The position numbers and the translations under genes were made by a program. The notes beneath the pieces were generated by a model. It ran no database searches and had not been told where the DNA came from. It saw only the letters and a list, made by a program, of their open reading frames with translations. Positions 21,201-36,200 of a stretch of 64,000 nucleotides of DNA are shown here, in pieces. The stretch's first letter is position 1, and every line of letters starts with the position of its first letter. The DNA is taken from contig OZ024741.1 in assembly GCA_964016885.1 (NCBI GenBank), positions 273,048,001 through 273,112,000 on the forward strand, read 5' to 3'. This DNA comes from Eledone cirrhosa (lineage: Eukaryota).

Positions 21201-24200
21201 TCTGTCTCTCTCTCTCTTCTGTTGTAACTACAACTACAACAACAACAGCCACTGTACAGATGCCTACCAGACTAGAGTGACAGGTCTGTATCTGTCTCTC
21301 TCTCTTTCTTCTGTTGTAACTACAACAACAACAACAACAACAGCCACTGTACAGATGCCTACCAGACTAGAGTGACAGGTCTGTATCTGTCTCTCTCTCT
21401 CTCTTCTGTTGTAACTACAACAACAACAACAACAGCCACTGTACAGATGCCTACCAGACTAGAGTGACAGGTCTGTATCTGTCTCTCTCTCTCTTCTGTT
21501 GTAACTACAACAACAACAACAGCCACTGTACAGATGCCTACCAGACTAGAGTGACAGGTCTGTATCTGTCTCTCTCTCTTCTGTTGTAACTACAACAACA
21601 ACAACAACAACAGCCACTGTACAGATGCCTACCAGACTAGAGTGACAGGTCTGTATCTGTCTCTCTCTCTTCTGTTGTAACTACAACAACAACAACAACA
21701 GCCACTGTACAGATGCCTACCAGACTAGAGTGACAGGTCTGTATCTGTCTCTCTCTCTCTTCTGTTGTAACTACAACTACAACAACAACAGCCACTGTAC
21801 AGATGCCTACCAGACTAGAGTGACAGGTCTGTATCTGTCTCTCTCTCTCTCTTCTGTTGTAACTACAACTACAACAACAACAGCCACTGTACAGATGCCT
21901 ACCAGACTAGAGTGACAAGTCTGTATCTGTCTCTCTCTCTCTTCTGTTGTAACTACAACTACAACAACAACAGCCACTGTACAGATGCCTACCAGACTAG
22001 AGTGACAGGTCTGTATCTGTCTCTCTCTCTTCTGTTGTAACTACAACAACAACAACAACAGCCACTGTACAGATGCCTACCAGACTAGAGTGACAGGTCT
22101 GTATCTGTCTCTCTCTCTTCTGTTGTAACTACAACAACAACAACAACAGCCACTGTACAGATGCCTACCAGACTAGAGTGACAGGTCTGTATCTGTCTCT
22201 CTCTCTCTCTTCTGTTGTAACTACAAGTACAACAACAACAGCCACTGTACAGATGCCTACCAGACTAGAGTGACAGGTCTGTATCTGTCTCTCTCTCTCT
22301 CTTCTGTTGTAACTACAACAACAACAACAACAACAGCCACTGTACAGATGCCTACCAGACTAGAGTGACAGGTCTGTATCTGTCTCTCTCTCTCTCTTCT
22401 GTTGTAACTACAACAAAAACAACAACAGCCACTGTACAGATGCCTACCAGACTAGAGTGACAGGTCTGTATCTGTCTCTCTCTCTCTCTTCTGTTGTAAC
22501 TACAACAACAACAACAACAGCCACTGTACAGATGCCTACCAGACTAGAGTGACAGGTCTGTATCTGTCTCTCTCTCTCTCTTCTGTTGTAACTACAACTA
22601 CAACAACAACAGCCACTGTACAGATGCCTACCAGACTAGAGTGACAGGTCTGTATCTGTCTCTCTCTTCTGTTGTAACTACAACAACAACAACAACAGCC
22701 ACTGTACAGATGCCTACCAGACTAGAGTGACAAGTCTGTATCTGTCTCTCTTCTGTTGTAACTACAACTACAACAACAACAGCCACTGTACAGATGCCTA
22801 CCAGACTAGAGTGACAGATCTGTATCTGTCTCTCTCTCTCTTCTGTTGTAACTACAACAACAACAACAACAGCCACTGTACAGATGCCTACCAGACTAGA
22901 GTGACAGGTCTGTATCTGTCTCTCTCTCTCTCTTCTGTTGTAACTACAACTACAACAACAACAGCCACTGTACAGATGCCTACCAGACTAGAGTGACAGG
23001 TCTGTATCTGTCTCTCTCTCTCTCTTCTGTTGTAACTACAACTACAACAACAACAGCCACTGTACAGATGCCTACCAGACTAGAGTGACAGGTTGTATCT
23101 GTCTCTCTCTCTCTTCTGTTGTAACTACAACAACAACAACAACAACAACAGCCACTGTACAGATGCCTACCAGACTAGAGTGACAGGTCTGTATCTGTCT
23201 CTCTCTCTCTCTTCTGTTGTAACTACAACAACAACAGCACCTGTACAGATGCCTACCAGACTAGAGTGACAGGTCTGTATCTGTCTCTCTCTCTCTCTTC
23301 TCTTGTAACTACAACTACAACAACAACAACCACTGTACAGATGCCTACCAGACTAGAGTGACAGGTCTGTATCTGTCTCTCTCTTCTGTTGTAACTACAA
23401 CAACAACAGCCACTGTACAGATGCCTACCAGACTAGAGTGACAGGTCTGTATCTGTCTCTCTCTCTCGTCTGTTGTAACTACAACAACAACAACAACAAC
23501 AACATCCACTGTACAGATGCCTACCAGACTAGAGTGACAGGTCTGTATCTGTCTCTCTCTCTCTCTTCTGTTGTAACTACAACAACAACAGCAACTGCCA
23601 CTGTACAGATGCCTACCAGACTAGAGCGACAGGTCTGTATCTGTCTCTCTCTCTTCTGTTGTAACTACAACAACAACAACAACAGCCACTGTACAGATGC
23701 CTACCAGACTAGAGTGACAGGTCTGTATCTGTCTCTCTCTCTTCTGTTGTAACTACAACAACAACAACAACAGCCACTGTACAGATGCCTACCAGACTAG
23801 AGTGACAGGTCTGTATCTGTCTCTCTCTCTCTCTTCTGTTGTAACTACAAGTACAACAACAACAGCCACTGTACAGATGCCTACCAGACTAGAGTGACAG
23901 GTCTGTATCTGTCTCTCTCTCTCTCTTCTGTTGTAACTACAACAACAACAACAACAACAGCCACTGTACAGATGCCTACCAGACTAGAGTGACAGGTCTG
24001 TATCTGTCTCTCTCTCTCTCTTCTGTTGTAACTACAACAAAAACAACAACAGCCACTGTACAGATGCCTACCAGACTAGAGTGACAGGTCTGTATCTGTC
24101 TCTCTCTCTCTCTTCTGTTGTAACTACAACTACAACAACAACAGCCACTGTACAGATGCCTACCAGACTAGAGTGACAGGTCTGTATCTGTCTCTCTCTT

Positions 24201-27200
24201 CTGTTGTAACTACAACAACAACAACAACAGCCACTGTACAGATGCCTACCAGACTAGAGTGACAAGTCTGTATCTGTCTCTCTTCTGTTGTAACTACAAC
24301 TACAACAACAACAGCCACTGTACAGATGCCTACCAGACTAGAGTGACAGATCTGTATCTGTCTCTCTCTCTCTTCTGTTGTAACTACAACAACAACAACA
24401 ACAGCCACTGTACAGATGCCTACCAGACTAGAGTGACAGGTCTGTATCTGTCTCTCTCTCTCTCTTCTGTTGTAACTACAACTACAACAACAACAGCCAC
24501 TGTACAGATGCCTACCAGACTAGAGTGACAGGTCTGTATCTGTCTCTGTCTCTCTCTTCTGTTGTAACTACAACTACAACAACAACAGCCACTGTACAGA
24601 TGCCTACCAGACTAGAGTGACAGGTTGTATCTGTCTCTCTCTCTCTTCTGTTGTAACTACAACAACAACAACAACAACAACAGCCACTGTACAGATGCCT
24701 ACCAGACTAGAGTGACAGGTCTGTATCTGTCTCTCTCTCTCTCTTCTGTTGTAACTACAACAACAACAGCACCTGTACAGATGCCTACCAGACTAGAGTG
24801 ACAGGTCTGTATCTGTCTCTCTCTCTCTCTTCTCTTGTAACTACAACTACAACAACAACAACCACTGTAGAGATGCCTACCAGACTAGAGTGACAGGTCT
24901 GTATCTGTCTCTCTCTTCTGTTGTAACTACAACAACAACAGCCACTGTACAGATGCCTACCAGACTAGAGTGACAGGTCTGTATCTGTCTCTCTCTCTCT
25001 CTTCTGTTGTAACTACAACAACAACAGCAACTGCCACTGTACAGATGCCTACCAGACTAGAGTGACAGGTCTGTATCTGTCTCTCTCTCTTCTGTTGTAA
25101 CTACAACAACAATAACAACAGCCACTGTACAGATGCCTACCAGACTAGAGTGACAGGTCTGTATCTGTCTCTCTCTCTTCTGTTGTAACTACAACAACAA
25201 CAACAACAGCCACTGTACAGATGCCTACCAGACTAGAGTGACAGGTCTGTATCTGTCTCTCTCTCTCTCTCTTCTGTTGTAACTACAAGTACAACAACAA
25301 CAGCCACTGTACAGATGCCTACCAGACTAGAGTGACAGGTCTGTATCTGTCTCTCTCTCTCTCTTCTGTTGTAACTACAACAACAACAACAACAACAGCC
25401 ACTGTACAGATGCCTACCAGACTAGAGTGACAGGTCTGTATCTGTCTCTCTCTCTCTCTTCTGTTGTAACTACAACTACAACAACAACAGCCACTGTACA
25501 GATGCCTACCAGACTAGAGTGACAGGTTGTATCTGTCTCTCTCTCTCTTCTGTTGTAACTACAACAACAACAACAACAACAACAGCCACTGTACAGATGC
25601 CTACCAGACTAGAGTGACAGGTCTGTATCTGTCTCTCTCTCTCTCTTCTGTTGTAACTACAACAACAACAGCACCTGTACAGATGCCTACCAGACTAGAG
25701 TGACAGGTCTGTATCTGTCTCTCTCTCTCTCTTCTGTTGTAACTACAACAACAACAGCACCTGTACAGATGCCTACCAGACTAGAGTGACAGGTCTGTAT
25801 CTGTCTCTCTCTCTCTCTTCTCTTGTAACTACAACTACAACAACAACAACCACTGTACAGATGCCTACCAGACTAGAGTGACAGGTCTGTATCTGTCTCT
25901 CTCTTCTGTTGTAACTACAACAACAACAGCCACTGTACAGATGCCTACCAGACTAGAGTGACAGGTCTGTATCTGTCTCTCTCTCTCGTCTGTTGTAACT
26001 ACAACAACAACTACAACAACAACAGCCACTGTACAGATGCCTACCAGACTAGAGTGACAGGTCTGTATCTGTCTCTGTCTCTCTCTTCTGTTGTAACTAC
26101 AACTACAACAACAACAGCCACTGTACAGATGCCTACCAGACTAGAGTGACAGGTTGTATCTGTCTCTCTCTCTCTTCTGTTGTAACTACAACAACAACAA
26201 CAACAACAACAGCCACTGTACAGATGCCTACCAGACTAGAGTGACAGGTCTGTATCTGTCTCTCTCTCTCTCTTCTGTTGTAACTACAACAACAACAGCA
26301 CCTGTACAGATGCCTACCAGACTAGAGTGACAGGTCTGTATCTGTCTCTCTCTCTCTCTTCTCTTGTAACTACAACTACAACAACAACAACCACTGTAGA
26401 GATGCCTACCAGACTAGAGTGACAGGTCTGTATCTGTCTCTCTCTTCTGTTGTAACTACAACAACAACAGCCACTGTACAGATGCCTACCAGACTAGAGT
26501 GACAGGTCTGTATCTGTCTCTCTCTCTCTCTTCTGTTGTAACTACAACAACAACAGCAACTGCCACTGTACAGATGCCTACCAGACTAGAGTGACAGGTC
26601 TGTATCTGTCTCTCTCTCTTCTGTTGTAACTACAACAACAATAACAACAGCCACTGTACAGATGCCTACCAGACTAGAGTGACAGGTCTGTATCTGTCTC
26701 TCTCTCTTCTGTTGTAACTACAACAACAACAACAACAGCCACTGTACAGATGCCTACCAGACTAGAGTGACAGGTCTGTATCTGTCTCTCTCTCTCTCTC
26801 TTCTGTTGTAACTACAAGTACAACAACAACAGCCACTGTACAGATGCCTACCAGACTAGAGTGACAGGTCTGTATCTGTCTCTCTCTCTCTCTTCTGTTG
26901 TAACTACAACAACAACAACAACAACAGCCACTGTACAGATGCCTACCAGACTAGAGTGACAGGTCTGTATCTGTCTCTGTCTCTCTCTTCTGTTGTAACT
27001 ACAACTACAACAACAACAGCCACTGTACAGATGCCTACCAGACTAGAGTGACAGGTTGTATCTGTCTCTCTCTCTCTTCTGTTGTAACTACAACAACAAC
27101 AACAACAACAACAGCCACTGTACAGATGCCTACCAGACTAGAGTGACAGGTCTGTATCTGTCTCTCTCTCTCTCTTCTGTTGTAACTACAACAACAACAG

Positions 27201-30200
27201 CACCTGTACAGATGCCTACCAGACTAGAGTGACAGGTCTGTATCTGTCTCTCTCTCTCTCTTCTCTTGTAACTACAACTACAACAACAACAACCACTGTA
27301 CAGATGCCTACCAGACTAGAGTGACAGGTCTGTATCTGTCTCTCTCTTCTGTTGTAACTACAACAACAACAGCCACTGTACAGATGCCTACCAGACTAGA
27401 GTGACAGGTCTGTATCTGTCTCTCTCTCTCTCTTCTGTTGTAACTACAACAACAACAGCAACTGCCACTGTACAGATGCCTACCAGACTAGAGTGACAGG
27501 TCTGTATCTGTCTCTCTCTCTTCTGTTGTAACTACAACAACAATAACAACAGCCACTGTACAGATGCCTACCAGACTAGAGTGACAGGTCTGTATCTGTC
27601 TCTCTCTCTTCTGTTGTAACTACAACAACAACAACAACAGCCACTGTACAGATGCCTACCAGACTAGAGTGACAGGTCTGTATCTGTCTCTCTCTCTCTC
27701 TTCTGTTGTAACTACAAGTACAACAACAACAGCCACTGTACAGATGCCTACCAGACTAGAGTGACAGGTCTGTATCTGTCTCTCTCTCTCTCTTCTGTTG
27801 TAACTACAACAACAACAACAACAACAGCCACTGTACAGATGCCTACCAGACTAGAGTGACAGGTCTGTATCTGTCTCTCTCTCTCTCTTCTGTTGTAACT
27901 ACAACTACAACAACAACAGCCACTGTACAGATGCCTACCAGACTAGAGTGACAGGTTGTATCTGTCTCTCTCTCTCTTCTGTTGTAACTACAACAACAAC
28001 AACAACAACAACAGCCACTGTACAGATGCCTACCAGACTAGAGTGACAGGTCTGTATCTGTCTCTCTCTCTCTCTTCTGTTGTAACTACAACAACAACAG
28101 CACCTGTACAGATGCCTACCAGACTAGAGTGACAGGTCTGTATCTGTCTCTCTCTCTCTCTTCTCTTGTAACTACAACTACAACAACAACAACCACTGTA
28201 CAGATGCCTACCAGACTAGAGTGACAGGTCTGTATCTGTCTCTCTCTTCTGTTGTAACTACAACAACAACAGCCACTGTACAGATGCCTACCAGACTAGA
28301 GTGACAGGTCTGTATCTGTCTCTCTCTCTCGTCTGTTGTAACTACAACAACAACAACAACAACAACATCCACTGTACAGATGCCTACCAGACTAGAGTGA
28401 CAGGTCTGTATCTGTCTCTCTCTCTCTCTTCTGTTGTAACTACAACAACAACAGCAACTGCCACTGTACAGATGCCTACCAGACTAGAGTGACAGGTCTG
28501 TATCTGTCTCTCTCTCTTCTGTTGTAACTACAACAACAACAACAACAGCCACTGTACAGATGCCTACCAGACTAGAGTGACAGGTCTGTATCTGTCTCTC
28601 TCTCTTCTGTTGTAACTACAACAACAACAACAACAGCCACTGTACAGATGCCTACCAGACTAGAGTGACAGGTCTGTATCTGTCTCTCTCTCTCTCTTCT
28701 GTTGTAACTACAAGTACAACAACAACAGCCACTGTACAGATGCCTACCAGACTAGAGTGACAGGTCTGTATCTGTCTCTCTCTCTCTCTTCTGTTGTAAC
28801 TACAACAACAACAACAACAACAGCCACTGTACAGATGCCTACCAGACTAGAGTGACAGGTCTGTATCTGTCTCTCTCTCTCTCTTCTGTTGTAACTACAA
28901 CAAAAACAACAACAGCCACTGTACAGATGCCTACCAGACTAGAGTGACAGGTCTGTATCTGTCTCTCTCTCTCTCTTCTGTTGTAACTACAACTACAACA
29001 ACAACAGCCACTGTACAGATGCCTACCAGACTAGAGTGACAGGTCTGTATCTGTCTCTCTCTTCTGTTGTAACTACAACAACAACAACAACAGCCACTGT
29101 ACAGATGCCTACCAGACTAGAGTGACAAGTCTGTATCTGTCTCTCTTCTGTTGTAACTACAACTACAACAACAACAGCCACTGTACAGATGCCTACCAGA
29201 CTAGAGTGACAGATCTGTATCTGTCTCTCTCTCTCTTCTGTTGTAACTACAACAACAACAACAACAGCCACTGTACAGATGCCTACCAGACTAGAGTGAC
29301 AGGTCTGTATCTGTCTCTCTCTCTCTCTTCTGTTGTAACTACAACTACAACAACAACAGCCACTGTACAGATGCCTACCAGACTAGAGTGACAGGTCTGT
29401 ATCTGTCTCTGTCTCTCTCTTCTGTTGTAACTACAACAACAACAGCCACTGTACAGATGCCTACCAGACTAGAGTGACAGGTCTGTATCTGTCTCTCTCT
29501 CTCTCTTCTGTTGTAACTACAACAACAACAGCAACTGCCACTGTACAGATGCCTACCAGACTAGAGTGACAGGTCTGTATCTGTCTCTCTCTCTTCTGTT
29601 GTAACTACAACAACAACAACAACAGCCACTGTACAGATGCCTACCAGACTAGAGTGACAGGTCTGTATCTGTCTCTCTCTCTTCTGTTGTAACTACAACA
29701 ACAACAACAACAGCCACTGTACAGATGCCTACCAGACTAGAGTGACAGGTCTGTATCTGTCTCTCTCTCTCTCTTCTGTTGTAACTACAAGTACAACAAC
29801 AACAGCCACTGTACAGATGCCTACCAGACTAGAGTGACAGGTCTGTATCTGTCTCTCTCTTCTGTTGTAACTACAACAACAACAACAACAACAGCCACTG
29901 TACAGATGCCTACCAGACTAGAGTGACAGGTCTGTATCTGTCTCTCTCTCTCTCTTCTGTTGTAACTACAACAAAAACAACAACAGCCACTGTACAGATG
30001 CCTACCAGACTAGAGTGACAGGTCTGTATCTGTCTCTCTCTCTCTCTTCTGTTGTAACTACAACAACAACAACAACAGCCACTGTACAGATGCCTACCAG
30101 ACTAGAGTGACAGGTCTGTATCTGTCTCTCTCTCTCTCTTCTGTTGTAACTACAACTACAACAACAACAGCCACTGTACAGATGCCTACCAGACTAGAGT

Positions 30201-33200
30201 GACAGGTCTGTATCTGTCTCTCTCTTCTGTTGTAACTACAACAACAACAACAACAGCCACTGTACAGATGCCTACCAGACTAGAGTGACAAGTCTGTATC
30301 TGTCTCTCTTCTGTTGTAACTACAACTACAACAACAACAGCCACTGTACAGATGCCTACCAGACTAGAGTGACAGATCTGTATCTGTCTCTCTCTCTCTT
30401 CTGTTGTAACTACAAATACAACAACAACAGCCACTGTACAGATGCCTACCAGACTAGAGTGACAGGTCTGTATCTGTCTCTCTCTCTCTCTTCTGTTGTA
30501 ACTACAACTACAACAACAACAGCCACTGTACAGATGCCTACCAGACTAGAGTGACAGGTCTGTATCTGTCTCTCTCTCTCTCTTCTGTTGTAACTACAAC
30601 TACAACAACAACAGCCACTGTACAGATGCCTACCAGACTAGAGTGACAGGTTGTATCTGTCTCTCTCTCTCTTCTGTTGTAACTACAACAACAACAACAA
30701 CAACAACAGCCACTGTACAGATGCCTACCAGACTAGAGTGACAGGTCTGTATCTGTCTCTCTCTCTCTCTTCTGTTGTAACTACAACAACAACAGCACCT
30801 GTACAGATGCCTACCAGACTAGAGTGACAGGTCTGTATCTGTCTCTCTCTCTCTCTTCTGTTGTAACTACAACTACAACAACAACAACCACTGTACAGAT
30901 GCCTACCAGACTAGAGTGACAGGTCTGTATCTGTCTCTCTCTTCTGTTGTAACTACAACAACAACAGCCACTGTACAGATGCCTACCAGACTAGAGTGAC
31001 AGGACTGTATCTGTCTCTCTCTCTCGTCTGTTGTAACTACAACAACAACAACAACAACATCCACTGTACAGATGCCTACCAGACTAGAGTGACAGGTCTG
31101 TATCTGTCTCTCTCTCTCTCTTCTGTTGTAACTACAACAACAACAGCAACTGCCACTGTACAGATGCCTACCAGACTAGAGTGACAGGTCTGTATCTGTC
31201 TCTCTCTCTCTCTTCTGTTGTAACTACAACTACAACAACAACAGCCACTGTACAGATGCCTACCAGACTAGAGTGACAGGTCTGTATCTGTCTCTCTCTT
31301 CTGTTGTAACTACAACAACAACAACAACAGCCACTGTACAGATGCCTACCAGACTAGAGTGACAAGTCTGTATCTGTCTCTCTTCTGTTGTAACTACAAC
31401 TACAACAACAACAGCCACTGTACAGATGCCTACCAGACTAGAGTGACAGATCTGTATCTGTCTCTCTCTCTCTTCTGTTGTAACTACAACAACAACAACA
31501 ACAGCCACTGTACAGATGCCTACCAGACTAGAGTGACAGGTCTGTATCTGTCTCTCTCTCTCTCTTCTGTTGTAACTACAACTACAACAACAACAGCCAC
31601 TGTACAGATGCCTACCAGACTAGAGTGACAGGTCTGTATCTGTCTCTGTCTCTCTCTTCTGTTGTAACTACAACTACAACAACAACAGCCACTGTACAGA
31701 TGCCTACCAGACTAGAGTGACAGGTTGTATCTGTCTCTCTCTCTCTTCTGTTGTAACTACAACAACAACAACAACAGCCACTGTACAGATGCCTACCAGA
31801 CTAGAGTGACAGGTCTGTATCTGTCTCTCTCTCTCTCTTCTGTTGTAACTACAACAACAACAGCACCTGTACAGATGCCTACCAGACTAGAGTGACAGGT
31901 CTGTATCTGTCTCTCTCTCTCTCTTCTCTTGTAACTACAACTACAACAACAACAACCACTGTACAGATGCCTACCAGACTAGAGTGACAGGTCTGTATCT
32001 GTCTCTCTCTTCTGTTGTAACTACAACAACAACAGCCACTGTACAGATGCCTACCAGACTAGAGTGACAGGTCTGTATCTGTCTCTCTCTCTCTCTTCTG
32101 TTGTAACTACAACAACAACAGCAACTGCCACTGTACAGATGCCTACCAGACTAGAGTGACAGGTCTGTATCTGTCTCTCTCTCTTCTGTTGTAACTACAA
32201 CAACAACAACAACAGCCACTGTACAGATGCCTACCAGACTAGAGTGACAGGTCTGTATCTGTCTCTCTCTCTTCTGTTGTAACTACAACAACAACAACAA
32301 CAGCCACTGTACAGATGCCTACCAGACTAGAGTGACAGGTCTGTATCTGTCTCTCTCTCTCTCTTCTGTTGTAACTACAAGTACAACAACAACAGCCACT
32401 GTACAGATGCCTACCAGACTAGAGTGACAGGTCTGTATCTGTCTCTCTCTTCTGTTGTAACTACAACAACAACAACAACAACAGCCACTGTACAGATGCC
32501 TACCAGACTAGAGTGACAGGTCTGTATCTGTCTCTCTCTCTCTCTTCTGTTGTAACTACAACAAAAACAACAACAGCCACTGTACAGATGCCTACCAGAC
32601 TAGAGTGACAGGTCTGTATCTGTCTCTCTCTCTCTCTTCTGTTGTAACTACAACAACAACAACAACAGCCACTGTACAGATGCCTACCAGACTAGAGTGA
32701 CAGGTCTGTATCTGTCTCTCTCTCTCTCTTCTGTTGTAACTACAACTACAACAACAACAGCCACTGTACAGATGCCTACCAGACTAGAGTGACAGGTCTG
32801 TATCTGTCTCTCTCTTCTGTTGTAACTACAACAACAACAACAACAGCCACTGTACAGATGCCTACCAGACTAGAGTGACAAGTCTGTATCTGTCTCTCTT
32901 CTGTTGTAACTACAACTACAACAACAACAGCCACTGTACAGATGCCTACCAGACTAGAGTGACAGATCTGTATCTGTCTCTCTCTCTCTTCTGTTGTAAC
33001 TACAAATACAACAACAACAGCCACTGTACAGATGCCTACCAGACTAGAGTGACAGGTCTGTATCTGTCTCTCTCTCTCTCTTCTGTTGTAACTACAACTA
33101 CAACAACAACAGCCACTGTACAGATGCCTACCAGACTAGAGTGACAGGTCTGTATCTGTCTCTCTCTCTCTCTTCTGTTGTAACTACAACTACAACAACA

Positions 33201-36200
33201 ACAGCCACTGTACAGATGCCTACCAGACTAGAGTGACAGGTTGTATCTGTCTCTCTCTCTCTTCTGTTGTAACTACAACAACAACAACAACAACAACAGC
33301 CACTGTACAGATGCCTACCAGACTAGAGTGACAGGTCTGTATCTGTCTCTCTCTCTCTCTTCTGTTGTAACTACAACAACAACAGCACCTGTACAGATGC
33401 CTACCAGACTAGAGTGACAGGTCTGTATCTGTCTCTCTCTCTCTCTTCTGTTGTAACTACAACTACAACAACAACAACCACTGTACAGATGCCTACCAGA
33501 CTAGAGTGACAGGTCTGTATCTGTCTCTCTCTTCTGTTGTAACTACAACAACAACAGCCACTGTACAGATGCCTACCAGACTAGAGTGACAGGACTGTAT
33601 CTGTCTCTCTCTCTCGTCTGTTGTAACTACAACAACAACAACAACAACATCCACTGTACAGATGCCTACCAGACTAGAGTGACAGGTCTGTATCTGTCTC
33701 TCTCTCTCTCTTCTGTTGTAACTACAACAACAACAGCAACTGCCACTGTACAGATGCCTACCAGACTAGAGTGACAGGTCTGTATCTGTCTCTCTCTCTC
33801 TCTTCTGTTGTAACTACAACAACAACAACAACAACGACAACATCCACTGTACAGATGCCTACCAGACTAGAGTGACACGTCTGTATCTGTCTCTCTCTCC
33901 CTCTTCTGTTGTAACTACAACAACAACAGCCACTGTACAGATGCCTACCAGACTAGAGTGACAGGTCTGTATCTGTCTCTCTCTCTCTTCTGTTGTAACT
34001 ACAACTACAACTACAACAAGAACAACAGCCACTGTACAGATGCCTACCAGACTAGAGTGACAGGTCTGTATCTGTCTCTCTCTCTCTTCTGTTCTAACTA
34101 CAACTACAACAACAGCCACTGTACAGATGCCTACCAGACTAGAGTGACAGGTCTGTATCTGTCTCTCTCTCTCTTCTGTTGTAACTACAACTACAACAAC
34201 AACAGCCACTGTACAGATGCCTACCAGACTAGAGTGACAGGTCTGTATCTGTCTCTCTCTCTTTCTTCTGTTGTAACTACAACAACAACAACAACAACAG
34301 CCACTGTACAGATGCCTACCAGACTAGAGTGACAGGTCTGTATCTGTCTCTCTCTCTCTCTTCTGTTGTAACTACAACAAAAACAACAACAGCCACTGTA
34401 CAGATGCCTACCAGACTAGAGTGACAGGTCTGTATCTGTCTCTCTCTCTCTCTTCTGTTGTAACTACAACAAAAACAACAACAGCCACTGTACAGATGCC
34501 TACCAGACTAGAGTGACAGGTCTGTATCTGTCTCTCTCTCTCTCTTCTGTTGTAACTACAACAACAACAACAACAGCCACTGTACAGATGCCTACCAGAC
34601 TAGAGTGACAGGTCTGTATCTGTCTCTCTCTCTCTTCTGTTGTAACTACAACAACAACAACAGCCACTGTACAGATGCCTACCAGACTAGAGTGACAGGT
34701 CTGTATCTGTCTCTCTCTCTTCTGTTGTAACTACAACAACAACAACAACATCCACTGTACAGATGCCTACCAGACTAGAGTGACAAGTCTGTATCTGTCT
34801 CTCTTCTGTTGTAACTACAACTACAACAACAACAGCCACTGTACAGATGCCTACCAGACTAGAGTGACAGGTCTGTATCTGTCTCTCTCTCTCTTCTGTT
34901 GTAACTACAACAACAACAACAGCCACTGTACAGATGCCTACCAGACTAGAGTGACAGGTCTGTATCTGTCTCTCTCTCTCTCTTCTGTTGTAACTACAAC
35001 TACAACAACAACAGCCACTGTACAGATGCCTACCAGACTAGAGTGACAAGTCTGTATCTGTCTCTCTCTCTCTTCTGTTGTAACTACAACTACAACAACA
35101 ACAGCCACTGTACAGATGCCTACCAGACTAGAGTGACAGGTCTGTATCTGTCTCTCTCTCTTCTGTTGTAACTACAACAACAACAACAACAGCCACTGTA
35201 CAGATGCCTACCAGACTAGAGTGACAGGTCTGTATCTGTCTCTCTCTCTTCTGTTGTAACTACAACAACAACAACAACAGCCACTGTACAGATGCCTACC
35301 AGACTAGAGTGACAGGTCTGTATCTGTCTCTCTCTCTCTCTTCTGTTGTAACTACAAGTACAACAACAACAGCCACTGTACAGATGCCTACCAGACTAGA
35401 GTGACAGGTCTGTATCTGTCTCTCTCTCTCTCTTCTGTTGTAACTACAACAACAACAACAACAACAGCCACTGTACAGATGCCTACCAGACTAGAGTGAC
35501 AGGTCTGTATCTGTCTCTCTCTCTCTCTTCTGTTGTAACTACAAGTACAACAACAACAGCCACTGTACAGATGCCTACCAGACTAGAGTGACAGGTCTGT
35601 ATCTGTCTCTCTCTCTCTCTTCTGTTGTAACTACAACTACAACAACAACAGCCACTGTACAGATGCCTACCAGACTAGAGTGACAGGTCTGTATCTGTCT
35701 CTCTCTTCTGTTGTAACTACAACAACAACAACAACAGCCACTGTACAGATGCCTACCAGACTAGAGTGACAAGTCTGTATCTGTCTCTCTTCTGTTGTAA
35801 CTACAACTACAACAACAACAGCTACTGTACAGATGCCTACCAGACTAGAGTGACAGATCTGTATCTGTCTCTCTCTCTCTTCTGTTGTAACTACAACAAC
35901 AACAACAACAGCCACTGTACAGATGCCTACCAGACTAGAGTGACAGGTCTGTATCTGTCTCTCTCTCTCTCTTCTGTTGTAACTACAACTACAACAACAA
36001 CAGCCACTGTACAGATGCCTACCAGACTAGAGTGACAGGTCTGTATCTGTCTCTCTCTCTCTCTTCTGTTGTAACTACAACTACAACAACAACAGCCACT
36101 GTACAGATGTCTACCAGACTAGAGTGACAGGTTGTATCTGTCTCTCTCTCTCTTCTGTTGTAACTACAACAACAACAACAACAACAACAACAGCCACTGT